From positions 17,293 through 81,292 of the IMG/VR virus record IMGVR_UViG_2897081166_000001: DNA of 64,000 nt; one strand, 5' to 3'. Below the pieces are notes generated by a model. That model had not been told where the DNA came from, searched no databases, and saw only the letters and a list, made by a program, of their open reading frames with translations. Positions 37,652 through 46,775 of the stretch are shown piece by piece. The stretch is from a virus (Duplodnaviria > Caudoviricetes). Each line of letters opens with the position of its first letter. The first letter of the stretch is position 1. The translations under genes were made by a program, and so were the position numbers.

Positions 37652-39007
37652 GTGACGACCAGCCCGCCCCAGGTGAACGGCCACCGCAGCCGGATCCCCG
37701 TGATCACGGACTGGCAGACGCTCCTAGCGCCTGCCGAGGAGCCGGCCGTCACCACCACCCCCGAACCCGACCCGGTCGCCCCTGCGGTCGACCTCGTGGC
37801 CCAGGCGAAGGCTGACGCGATCCGCACCAAGGCCTACGCCGACGCCGAAGAGCAGCGCATCCGCGCCGAGGCCGAGGCCAAGGCCGCCGAGCTCAAGGCT
37901 GCCGAGGAAGCCCGGAAGCTGAAGCTCGCCAACGACAAAGCCGCAGCCCGCGCCCTTGAGGAGCAGGCCGCGCGGGACGCCCGGATCGCCGAGTCCGAGC
38001 GGAAGCGGGCCGAGGCCGAGCGCGGCCAGCAGGAAGACGAGCGCGCCCACCAGGAGCAGCAGCAGACCGCCGCCGCTGCCGAGGCCGACGTTGCCAAGGC
38101 GGCCAAGACGTGGCGCAGGTACGCGATCTTCTTCTACACCGTCTGCGCGGTCGTCGCCCTGCCGGTCCAGATCGCCGCGTTCTGGGACCGCGACGCACCC
38201 TGGCTCGTCATCGCCCCGCTCATGCTCGAAGGCGCCGCCCTGGTCGTCACCAAGGGTGCCGCTGCAGCCGTCGCCGCCGGGCGCCCGCACTGGCACTACC
38301 GCACCGTCGCCTGGGCGTTCGCGTTCATCGCCGCCGGGATCAACCTCAAGCACGGGCTCGACGCTTTCGACCCCGCCACCGCGATCGGCACCGCGTTCGC
38401 CTCACTCGCCGGCCCCGGAGTGTGGGACCTCCACGAGCACGGTCGGATCCGCCGACGTGATGGTGTGCCCACCCGGCGGGAGCGGCGCGCGGCCAAGAAG
38501 ACGGCCGAGCGGGAAGCCGCCGAGCAGACCCAGGCGCGCCTGGTCGAAGCCGAGCGGCAGGCCCACCTGGAGAACGCCGCACGGAACGCCGCCGAACGCC
38601 TGGACGCCGACCGCAAGCAGATGTTCCCGAGAGTCCACGAGCACGCCCTGAAGCTCGCTGCGGACCTCGGCGAGACGGCCATCACCCCGGCCATTTGGAA
38701 GCAGGCGAAGCTCGACGTCGACGGTGCGCTGCCGGGGGAGTCCGACGAGATCCTCCGCATGCGGAACACGGCTGCGGCGAAGGTCGAAGCGGCCCGCCTC
38801 AACAAGCCCGTCAGCACCCTCAGCAAGACCACGAACGCGCAGCGTGCCGCCCATCTCCCCCCTGCCTCCACCAAGCCCCGCCCGAAGCCGATTCCGCCCC
38901 GCCGCACCCGCGGCGACAGCACCCCGTTTCACCCCGCCGCGAAGCGTCTCGCAGCCGACACCGCACGCCGCTCCATGACTGTCCGAATCAACGCCGAGGA
39001 GAACTGA
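37652..39007 (+). CDS. Spd-like membrane protein (coiled coil plus about 4 TM helices)
   Basis: Hydrophobic block flanked by charged coiled coils; upstream of traA/traB. Confidence 0.7.
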   Translation: MTTSPPQVNGHRSRIPVITDWQTLLAPAEEPAVTTTPEPDPVAPAVDLVAQAKADAIRTKAYADAEEQRIRAEAEAKAAELKAAEEARKLKLANDKAAARALEEQAARDARIAESERKRAEAERGQQEDERAHQEQQQTAAAAEADVAKAAKTWRRYAIFFYTVCAVVALPVQIAAFWDRDAPWLVIAPLMLEGAALVVTKGAAAAVAAGRPHWHYRTVAWAFAFIAAGINLKHGLDAFDPATAIGTAFASLAGPGVWDLHEHGRIRRRDGVPTRRERRAAKKTAEREAAEQTQARLVEAERQAHLENAARNAAERLDADRKQMFPRVHEHALKLAADLGETAITPAIWKQAKLDVDGALPGESDEILRMRNTAAAKVEAARLNKPVSTLSKTTNAQRAAHLPPASTKPRPKPIPPRRTRGDSTPFHPAAKRLAADTARRSMTVRINAEEN

Positions 39008-39591
39008 TGAACACCCCCTCCGAGCAGGTCCGCAACTTCGCCCAGCATCAGGCAGACCAGCCCTTCACTGCCCCGCCCCGACCCCGCACCGCCCCCTCGA
39101 ACGACGTCCACCCGGGCGGCGTGAACAACTCGACGAACCGCACCGGAGGCGCGTTCGCCCCGTCCCTCGGCCTCTCCGTCAACAAGACCACCGTCGTCAA
39201 CGGCGCCTCCGGCGGAACCCGTGGCCCGGGACGTGGTGCCGGCGGGAAGGTCCCCGGGTCCGACTTCATGTCCAACGAGGACATCCGCGCGTTCTGCGAG
39301 TACCTGCGGAAGGACTCCCGGAACCGGGCCACCGAGCGGGCCATGGACGCCGACCACCTCGAAGCCGTCCTCCGCACCATCCCCGACGCCAGCGGCAACC
39401 TCCACGGATCCCGCGCCCGCGCCCGACGGGTGTCCCGCTGGCTGAGGAAGGTTGCCGCCGCCGAGAAGGCCATCCAGAAGTACTCGGCGATGGTGTACGG
39501 CACGTTCGAGCGGGAGTACGAGTCCGACCTGCGGAAGGTCGGCAAGGGCCGCCACCAGCCCCCGCGCGCCACCAAGTTCGGCTGGCGCTAA
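39007..39591 (+). CDS. traA: Plasmid transfer protein TraA-like
   Basis: FMSNEDIRAFCE..RARARRVSRWL resembles Streptomyces plasmid TraA from memory; position before traB. Confidence 0.65.
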   Translation: MNTPSEQVRNFAQHQADQPFTAPPRPRTAPSNDVHPGGVNNSTNRTGGAFAPSLGLSVNKTTVVNGASGGTRGPGRGAGGKVPGSDFMSNEDIRAFCEYLRKDSRNRATERAMDADHLEAVLRTIPDASGNLHGSRARARRVSRWLRKVAAAEKAIQKYSAMVYGTFEREYESDLRKVGKGRHQPPRATKFGWR

Positions 39592-39623
39592 CCCCCCGAC
39601 CACCACCTCCCCTGGAGCCCACT

Positions 39624-39848
39624 GTGAAGCAGACCTGGACCGCCACCACGATCGCCGAAGCCATCAACATCCTCGACGCCGCGACGAAGCAGCTCGAAGC
39701 GCAGGCCCTGGCCCTGGAACCCGGCGGCTTCCACGAGCGCAAGGAAGCCGAACGCCAGACCCCCATCCACCTCGCCATCGAGTTCGACCTCACCGACCTC
39801 ATCCGGCGGATCACCGACAAGCACCAGGCCCGAGCCCTTAACGGCTGA
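39624..39848 (+). CDS. Small hypothetical protein
   Basis: GGAG RBS; between traA and traB. Confidence 0.6.
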   Translation: MKQTWTATTIAEAINILDAATKQLEAQALALEPGGFHERKEAERQTPIHLAIEFDLTDLIRRITDKHQARALNG

Positions 39849-39876
39849 CCACCCCACCTGATCAGGAGCTATCCCC

Positions 39877-41880
39877 GTGGCTGACAGCCAGAAGGCCGAC
39901 CTGTGGAAGGCCATCAAGCACCCCCGCATGAGGCCCTGGCTGACAGTCGCCGCCGAGGTCCCCGCCACCTTCGCCTCCCACCACTATTGGGGCGACTCCG
40001 TACCCGCCGCGATCGGCCTCACCGTCGCCGCAGGAGTACTCACCGCCGCAACATGGTGGGCAGGCGAGGGGACACGGCCCGGCCGGCGTATCCACGCCAC
40101 CCTGTCCACCGGCCTCGGCACCTCCTACCTCGTCGTCGGCACCGCCGTCGGCCCGTTCGACCCGGCGCTCGCCTCCACCCTCGTCATCGGCGGCGCCGTC
40201 GCCGCCGGGTCGTGGAACATCCGCCAAGCCCTCCGCGTCAACGTCGACCCGCAGAAGGAAGGCGGCAACGCCGAGACCGGTGTCCTCGTCAAGGCCATTG
40301 GTGACGCCAAGGTCGCCCTCCGCGGCAAGCCGAAGGTCGAACCCAACAAGGTCACCGTGCCCCTCCAACTGGCCGCCGGGCAGGTTACCTCCGACGACCT
40401 CGGCAACCGCATCAAGCACATCGCCGGCGAACTCGGTGTCTCCCCGACCAGCATCCGCGTCATCCCCGACCCCGACGACGCCGCCCGCGCCACCCTCGTC
40501 GTCGTCCCCAAGGACGAACTCAAAACCAGCACCATCTGGCCCGGCCCGTCCAACCCCGGCGGCAGCATCACCGACCCGATCGCCATCGGGATCTACGAGG
40601 ACGGCGAAGTGGCGGTGCTGTGGTTCCCCTTCGACTCCCAGTCCAGGCGGAACGCCACGCACTTCCTGGCCGCCGGGATGAACGGCTCCGCCAAGTCCAC
40701 CGGCATCAGCGTCGCCATGGCGGAAGTGCTGACCAAGCCCGACGCCATCGTCTGGGCGGTCGACCCCTCCAAGGGGCAGCAGACGTTCGCCCCGTTCCTG
40801 CCGTACCTCGACTGGGTCGAGATGACCGAAGCCGGGGGTAACGAGATGATTGACGCCCTGCCGCAGGTCATCACCGCCCGCGCGAACGAGCTCGGCCGCC
40901 ACGGCTTCAAGAACTGGACTCCGCAGGCCCACGATCAGCTCGGCATGCCGTACATGATCGTGTGGATCGAGGAAGCGGCCAAGTTCTTCCGCAACGGCAC
41001 CGAAATGGAAGGCCTCGTCATGGAGGCCCGGTCCGCCGGGATCAGCGTCATCATCAGCCTCCAACGCCCCTCCGCCACCAGCATGCCCACCGACGTCCGC
41101 GAGCAGCTCGGCGGCGTCCTCTGCTTCGGCGTCAAAGGCTCCACCACCGCCGACATGGCCCTCCCCGACGACGTCCGCGACGCCGGCGCCCGCCCCGAAG
41201 CCTGGGAAAACCGCAAACCCGGCTACGCCTACCTCGTCGCCCCCGGCGTCGACGAAGACCGCTACGCCACCCCCCTGCGCACCTACCTCATCGACGACGA
41301 CCAGATCACCGGGGCCCTCGCCATCCTGCCCCGCACCCCCATCGACCCCGTCACCGCCGCAGCAGCCGGTGACGCCTACGCCAACCGCACCCGATACGAC
41401 GCTGACACCCCGCTGACCAGCGGTGACAGCCCACGACAGGAGACCGTCACCATGACCAAGGACGACGCCCAGGCCGCCGAGAAGGCGCTACTGGAGAAGC
41501 AAGTCGACCGCGAGATCGACGCCATGGTCGGCGACGACCCCGACAACGACGGGTTCGTACCCGACGTCGACGCCGACCAGGAGATCGCCCCGGTGAGCGA
41601 AGTGTGGTCGTTCGGGCAGGCCCAAGCCCCCGTCGAGGAGAAAACGCCGGAGGCCGGCATGGACGCGCTGATGGTGATGCTCGCCGAGTTCCGGGCGGAA
41701 GAGCGGGAGTTCATCGGCCCGAAAGACTTCGGCCCGTTCGGGAAGGGGCAGCGCATCGGAAGGTCCCGTTCCTGGGTGTCAATGGCTCTCGGGGACCTGT
41801 CAGATGCCGGGATTCACCTCCAGGAGACGGAGCAGGCGGGGGTCTATCGGCTGCTGTACCCGGAGCTGGCGGAGGTCTAG
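39877..41880 (+). CDS. traB: TraB conjugative dsDNA translocase (FtsK/SpoIIIE family)
   Basis: N-terminal TM helices, Walker A variant GMNGSAKS, VDPSKG, Walker B IVWIEE, ARSAGIS..QRP, C-terminal wHTH. Confidence 0.9.
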   Translation: MADSQKADLWKAIKHPRMRPWLTVAAEVPATFASHHYWGDSVPAAIGLTVAAGVLTAATWWAGEGTRPGRRIHATLSTGLGTSYLVVGTAVGPFDPALASTLVIGGAVAAGSWNIRQALRVNVDPQKEGGNAETGVLVKAIGDAKVALRGKPKVEPNKVTVPLQLAAGQVTSDDLGNRIKHIAGELGVSPTSIRVIPDPDDAARATLVVVPKDELKTSTIWPGPSNPGGSITDPIAIGIYEDGEVAVLWFPFDSQSRRNATHFLAAGMNGSAKSTGISVAMAEVLTKPDAIVWAVDPSKGQQTFAPFLPYLDWVEMTEAGGNEMIDALPQVITARANELGRHGFKNWTPQAHDQLGMPYMIVWIEEAAKFFRNGTEMEGLVMEARSAGISVIISLQRPSATSMPTDVREQLGGVLCFGVKGSTTADMALPDDVRDAGARPEAWENRKPGYAYLVAPGVDEDRYATPLRTYLIDDDQITGALAILPRTPIDPVTAAAAGDAYANRTRYDADTPLTSGDSPRQETVTMTKDDAQAAEKALLEKQVDREIDAMVGDDPDNDGFVPDVDADQEIAPVSEVWSFGQAQAPVEEKTPEAGMDALMVMLAEFRAEEREFIGPKDFGPFGKGQRIGRSRSWVSMALGDLSDAGIHLQETEQAGVYRLLYPELAEV

Positions 41881-41886
41881 GGGGCG

Positions 41887-42057
41887 GGGGTGTCAGCGCT
41901 GACACCCCTCCTGACCTGCGGTGACATCAGATTCACACCAGATTTTCTTGATCAGCTGTCAAGACGGGTGTGAATCAGGGGTGTCACCGCCCCTGGCGGC
42001 TCGATCTCTATAGGTCATGCGCGTGCGCGCGCGTGACTGACGGCGGACTGACATCAC
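41887..42057. repeat. clt-like TGACA(C/T)C repeat cluster
   Basis: About 6-8 direct and inverted copies right after the traB stop, including palindrome GGGGTGTCAGCGCTGACACCCC. Confidence 0.6.
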
Positions 42058-42087
42058 CGGATTTCCAACCAACCCAAAAGCTAGGAA

Positions 42088-42927
42088 ATGGTTCAAATGG
42101 TGCAACTCTTTGGTCTGTCGTCGGGCGTGCCGCGATGCGTTGCCGCGACGAGCGAGAGCCCCTGCCGTGAAGCTGCCGCCATCGCCACTCCGGTGGCGCT
42201 GTGCGAGACACACCGGCTGAGGATCGCGCTCGACCTCACCCCAGAGGTGCTTGGCCGCGCCTTGGTACGCCGAGCCACTCCTCCCGCCCCAGGCAGGCCG
42301 GCACCGCGGAGCATGGCGAGCATTGCCACCTCAGCCCAGCCGGCAGAGTTCATCGGAGGCATAGCGGCCGGGCGGCATGCACCCGTTGTCTACTTTCTGC
42401 TGAACGGCAGTCGAGTAAAGATCGGCTACACCCGGTCCTTGGTCACGCGCCTTCGAGCGCTTGCCCTTGGAGAATCGGCGGTTGTCCTGCTTCTCAGCGG
42501 CGGTCGACAACTTGAGAGCGCCCTGCATGCAGAGTTCGCGGCGACCAGGGTCAAGGGCACCGAGTGGTTCGAGATCACCGCGCCGCTCCTGCGCTACATC
42601 GGCGGCAGGCTTGCGCGCCCCGCCGTCGCCATCCAGCCGGACCTGGACCTGGATCGGGACGAGCCCCGTGAGCCGCAGGACGTACCGGCGCGGCCCCGCA
42701 TGTCCGAAGCGCGCCAGGCGTTGCTGAGCCTCGTGAAGCAGGCCAAGGCAGAGGGGTGGGACCACATAGGGCCCCGTCACGTCTGGGGGCAGCATCGGCA
42801 CACCCTGCGCCGGAGCCGACCGTGGGTGAGCGCTGAACTTGCACGACTAGCTGATGAAGGCGTTCTTTGCCGCACAGACGAAGCAGGCGTCTACACCTTC
42901 CGCGACGACGATTTGGAGACAGCATGA
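42088..42927 (+). CDS. GIY-YIG (T5orf172/MUG113-like) nuclease with a TraB-like C-terminal wHTH
   Basis: VVYFL..VKIGYT..R..E..LH..F..EWF; C-terminal RSRPWVS..L..L..G..AGVY. Confidence 0.82.
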   Translation: MVQMVQLFGLSSGVPRCVAATSESPCREAAAIATPVALCETHRLRIALDLTPEVLGRALVRRATPPAPGRPAPRSMASIATSAQPAEFIGGIAAGRHAPVVYFLLNGSRVKIGYTRSLVTRLRALALGESAVVLLLSGGRQLESALHAEFAATRVKGTEWFEITAPLLRYIGGRLARPAVAIQPDLDLDRDEPREPQDVPARPRMSEARQALLSLVKQAKAEGWDHIGPRHVWGQHRHTLRRSRPWVSAELARLADEGVLCRTDEAGVYTFRDDDLETA

Positions 42928-43355
42928 AAAGCCCCGAAACGGACGGAGGTCGGGCCAAGGTACTTGCTGCAGCACTCCGCACCTGGACCACCGTCGACAA
43001 CGACCCCGAACCCCCTGTCGCACGCCTGGAAATCCGCTACCCACCCCACTGGGCGTTCACCTCCACCAACCCCATCACCGCAAGGCAACAGAAGCGGCTC
43101 CTCGCGTTCCTCCGTGACGACCTCGCCGAGAACCGGCCCGGATACTCCACCCCTGAACGCGCCGCCGCGATCATCCACGGGCTCATCACCGAACACGCCG
43201 CCGCCGGCCGCACCCGCATCACCACCGCGGACCTCGCCGAAGCCGCACCCCGGATCGGCCGGTCCCGTACCTGGATCGCCGCCCACGTCACCGACCTCAT
43301 CGACGGCGGTGTGCTTCGCGAGACAAGACGCCCCGACACCTTCCGCATCAACTAG
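42924..43355 (+). CDS. Protein with a TraB-like C-terminal wHTH
   Basis: RIGRSRTWIAAHVTDLIDGGVLRET; ATGA coupling. Confidence 0.75.
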   Translation: MKSPETDGGRAKVLAAALRTWTTVDNDPEPPVARLEIRYPPHWAFTSTNPITARQQKRLLAFLRDDLAENRPGYSTPERAAAIIHGLITEHAAAGRTRITTADLAEAAPRIGRSRTWIAAHVTDLIDGGVLRETRRPDTFRIN

Positions 43356-43364
43356 GAGACCACC

Positions 43365-43847
43365 GTGCAGCTGCCCGAGCAGCCCGTTGCCGGGCAGCCC
43401 GATCCCACCGACCGCGCCGAAGTCCGCAAGCTCGCCCACGCCGTCGAGACCGTCCTCCTGGAGGAAATGGCCACCTACCACCGCGACACCACCCCGCTCC
43501 CCGCGGTGGGTGCTGCACCGCCTGTGCCGCAGCCAGGTCAGCCCCCGATGTCGCAGTGGGCGACCGACGCCAGCGGGGTCCTCAAGGCTGTGTCCGTGGC
43601 GTCCCTGCCGATCGGCGGGGCCCTGTGGATCGTCGGCCAGGTCGACCCGCTGACCTTGGGCATCATCCTCGGCTCGCCGGCCGCTGTTGCCTTGGCTGTG
43701 GCCCGACTCGTCGCGAAGGTCAAGGACGCCAACCAGGCTGTACCGCAGCCGGTCACCAACCACTTCCACGGCACCGTCCACCACGACGAGCGCATCGTCA
43801 CCAGCACCACCCGCGGCCTCATCGCGAACAACCGGAACCGAAACTGA
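43365..43847 (+). CDS. Membrane protein (2 TM, Spd-like context)
   Basis: AGGAG RBS, hydrophobic pair. Confidence 0.7.
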   Translation: MQLPEQPVAGQPDPTDRAEVRKLAHAVETVLLEEMATYHRDTTPLPAVGAAPPVPQPGQPPMSQWATDASGVLKAVSVASLPIGGALWIVGQVDPLTLGIILGSPAAVALAVARLVAKVKDANQAVPQPVTNHFHGTVHHDERIVTSTTRGLIANNRNRN

Positions 43848-43925
43848 CCCAATCTGATCACTTCGCCCACCAGGCGACCCACCCGCAGATAACCTCCGAA
43901 CGCACACACCATCCCTGGGGGGACC

Positions 43926-44438
43926 ATGAGTACCGAAACACCGCCGCCAGCCGAACCACCCGCTGCTCCCGAAGCGCCGCCCATGCCCGCCGAACCCCCG
44001 GCCGCGGCACCGAAGAAGCGGCCCTCACCGCTCCTCGCCGGAATCCTCGGCCTGGCCGTAGGCGCCGGCGCGGTCGGTGCAACCTGGGCGATCACCGCAA
44101 ACCAGGAGCCGCCCGCACCAGCCACGTTCACCCTCACCGGCGCCTTCGCCCTGACCGAGGGCGCAACCAGAGACGGCGACGGTTGCATCGGCACCGAGGG
44201 CTACGACGACATCGCTGAAGGAACGTCCGTCACCGTGTACGACGGGGCTGGGAAAGTGGCCGCCACTGGGAATCTCGGCAAGTCCAAGTACGCGGCGGGT
44301 GCCTGCGCTTTCGAGGTCAGCGTTCCGGACGTACCCAAGGGGGAGAAGTTCTACCAGGTCGAGGTGTCCCACCGTGGGAAGGTTCAGCTGTCCGGAGAGG
44401 AAGCTGAAGCCGGAGAGATGTCCGTGACGCTCGGCTGA
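43926..44438 (+). CDS. Single-TM protein with an extracytoplasmic two-Cys domain
   Basis: Pro-rich N-terminus, TM, C.G..GYDDI..C.F..FYQVEVSHRG. Confidence 0.8.
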   Translation: MSTETPPPAEPPAAPEAPPMPAEPPAAAPKKRPSPLLAGILGLAVGAGAVGATWAITANQEPPAPATFTLTGAFALTEGATRDGDGCIGTEGYDDIAEGTSVTVYDGAGKVAATGNLGKSKYAAGACAFEVSVPDVPKGEKFYQVEVSHRGKVQLSGEEAEAGEMSVTLG

Positions 44439-44442
44439 GGGT

Positions 44443-44625
44443 TCACCGCACGACAAGGCCCCGGACTGTTTGGTCCGGGGCCTTTCGCGTAGCGCGGGCG
44501 ATCCATGCCCCGCCGAGCCGGTCGGTGGGCGGCAGGGTCACCTCGACGTGCAGCAGCCGGCGCAGGTCGTCCAGCGCCTGCTGGCATTCCTGCTGGGTGC
44601 GGCCGTGGACCGTGAACCTCGCCAT
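44443..44625 (-). CDS. Small hypothetical protein
   Basis: 60 aa; runs through a hairpin at 44455-44484. Confidence 0.5.
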   Translation of the reverse strand: MARFTVHGRTQQECQQALDDLRRLLHVEVTLPPTDRLGGAWIARATRKAPDQTVRGLVVR

Positions 44626-44723
44626 GGGGGCATTCTGCCGGGGGAGTGTCGGCGGTGGGGTGGAAACCGGCTACGAGGACCCGTTCGCCGATACCCTGAC
44701 CCTGTCGACACCAAGGGGGGCTC

Positions 44724-45188
44724 GTGGACTACAGAGTGCGTTGCTACGTCCCAGGGAAACCGCCCCGCGAGTGGCACTACCCCACACGTCTCCAGGCAGA
44801 GAAGCAACGCGACGGCATCCTCCGAACCGCCCGCCAAGAGGGCGCCCCTGTCGCCGTCATCCTCCGGCCCCCGAGCGGCAAGTCGGAACGAACAGCCGTC
44901 GAGGCCGGCCCACCCCGGTTTCAGCTCTCCCCGTCGATCGTCGCGAGACGCGAGGCAGGGGCGGTAGCGCAACGCCAACAACAGCGGGAAGCCGAACAAG
45001 CCGCAGCAGCCGCCGCGGCTGCTGCGCCGCCACCCGAGCCGACCATTCCCGGGTGGCAGATCGCCTTGTTCTTCCTGATGGCGTTGATCGGGGCCATGCC
45101 GCGACGCAGCCACCGCGGTACGGCGCACATCTTCTCGGGCAGGACGTGGGGGAGCGGCGGGGGCGGCGACTTCGGCGGCGACCTGTAG
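44724..45188 (+). CDS. Hypothetical protein with C-terminal TM
   Basis: AAGGGGGG RBS. Confidence 0.6.
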   Translation: MDYRVRCYVPGKPPREWHYPTRLQAEKQRDGILRTARQEGAPVAVILRPPSGKSERTAVEAGPPRFQLSPSIVARREAGAVAQRQQQREAEQAAAAAAAAAPPPEPTIPGWQIALFFLMALIGAMPRRSHRGTAHIFSGRTWGSGGGGDFGGDL

Positions 45189-45228
45189 TCGAGGTCGCCG
45201 CACTGGCACGGGCCGCAGTGACAGTCGG

Positions 45229-45525
45229 CTAGTCGTGCGGGTAGTCGTTGTGCTCGAGGTAGGGGGCGGCGAGGAGCCGCAGCTGGTACTCGGCAGTCCG
45301 GCCAGCCGCCCCGCCCGCGCCCAGGTGCGGGATCACGGTGTCCTCCAGCAGTGTCAGGTGCACCTCCGCGGTGGCAACGGAGAACCGGGCGTGCTTCGCG
45401 GCGTCCTCGGGGTCGACACCGAACCGTTCGGGATCCTGGGTCACTGTGCCGCTCGCGAACCGGGCCTTCTCCAACTCCTCGGCGAACCGGGTGCGGAGGA
45501 AGGCCACCAGCCGGTCGTTGATCAT
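45229..45525 (-). CDS. DUF6221-like protein
   Basis: LVAFLRTRFAEE..LRLLAAPYLEHNDY. Confidence 0.65.
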   Translation of the reverse strand: MINDRLVAFLRTRFAEELEKARFASGTVTQDPERFGVDPEDAAKHARFSVATAEVHLTLLEDTVIPHLGAGGAAGRTAEYQLRLLAAPYLEHNDYPHD

Positions 45526-45941
45526 GGCGTCCACTCCGGGAGGTAGTCCTGGTGATCGGCGTACACGGCTGCTTCGGCCAGCAGTACACGTCGCAGAACC
45601 TGATACTCGACCTTGGCTTCTTGGTAGCCAGTGGTGTCCGCGTTCCGCATCGCCTGGTCCATCCGATCTGCCGCGCTCTCGTACAGGTCGACGAGCTGAC
45701 GCTTCGCTTTCACCTCTCTCAGCGCGCGTGCGGGATCTTGAAGCGCAACGTGCTCCATCTCGGCAGTGTTGAGCCCGCATTCCTCGGTCAGATGGATGGT
45801 TCCCAGGTCGATGAACGCTCCGTCGGCTGTGGTGCTGAACCTCCATTCGGGGGTCGCCCATGAAGCCGCAGAAGGTGCCGTAGCCGTTCGCTCGTCATCG
45901 TCCAGTCGCGCAGTTACGAACGATGGCAAGAGGCCGCTCAT
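45522..45941 (-). CDS. DUF6221-like protein
   Basis: FVTARLDDDE..DPARALREVKAKR..YADHQDYLPEW. Confidence 0.75.
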   Translation of the reverse strand: MSGLLPSFVTARLDDDERTATAPSAASWATPEWRFSTTADGAFIDLGTIHLTEECGLNTAEMEHVALQDPARALREVKAKRQLVDLYESAADRMDQAMRNADTTGYQEAKVEYQVLRRVLLAEAAVYADHQDYLPEWTP

Positions 45942-46228
45942 GCGGGCTCCTCGCTCTGGGCTTTGCGGAGCCGTTCGGCCCGCTCCTTGTAGCGGTCATC
46001 TGCTTCGATGCCAGCTTCCCTTGCCATCTTCCTCACGTGAGCCCCGGTCCAACCGGACTTCTTGGCGACCTCGGTGGGCTTGTGGGTTCCGGCCCGGAGG
46101 GCGGCGAGGACGAGTTCCTTGAGTTCGTCGCTGGACTTCTTGAGCCGGTCTGCGTCGCGGAGTCGGCGTGTGCCGGCTGCGGCGATGTCCTCCAAGGTCG
46201 GGGACTCGGGGGGTGGGGTCGGATTCAT
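45938..46228 (-). CDS. Small helix plus HTH repressor-like protein (paralog 3)
   Basis: LKELVLAALRAGTHKPTEVAKKSGWTGAHVRKM. Confidence 0.75.
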   Translation of the reverse strand: MNPTPPPESPTLEDIAAAGTRRLRDADRLKKSSDELKELVLAALRAGTHKPTEVAKKSGWTGAHVRKMAREAGIEADDRYKERAERLRKAQSEEPA

Positions 46229-46358
46229 GGCACCAATCTATCGCAACCCACTTGCGGTGGCCATGCCTCAGGCGTACTGTCTGAGTCATCGTCAGCGCAA
46301 CACATGATCGCTAGTGAGGCGCGATGGCGGAACGACAGGAACCACCCGAGGGGGACCC

Positions 46359-46739
46359 GTGAACATCAGCCGCCGTATCGCCCGCATCCACCAGGCCGCC
46401 CGCCACATGGCGAAGGACCTCCGCTACCGGTGCCTCTCCGGCCTCATCGCCGCCGCCATCGACGCCGGCACTCTCATCCGCACCGGCGACATGCTGGAGC
46501 GGCTCGGCGCCGACGACCTCAAGGACGGGTACAAGTCCTGGTACGGCCGCCACGTCAAGAAGGCGTACATCGCCGCGAACGGCCACCCGCCGGTCATGGT
46601 GTGGGCGCAGCACCGCACCACCGGCCGGTGGATCCACGTCGCCGCCTACAGCCCCCTCGACCGGGCCCTGTTCGTCGCCCTCGCCTCGTACAAGCAGACC
46701 CGGCACCTGGTCGCCTCCGACTTCGCGGAGTGCGCCTAG
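46359..46739 (+). CDS. Hypothetical protein
   Basis: GAGGGGG RBS; divergent from paralog 3. Confidence 0.7.
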   Translation: MNISRRIARIHQAARHMAKDLRYRCLSGLIAAAIDAGTLIRTGDMLERLGADDLKDGYKSWYGRHVKKAYIAANGHPPVMVWAQHRTTGRWIHVAAYSPLDRALFVALASYKQTRHLVASDFAECA

Positions 46740-46775
46740 ACCAACTTCACGGCGCAACAGACGAGAGGGGTTTCG

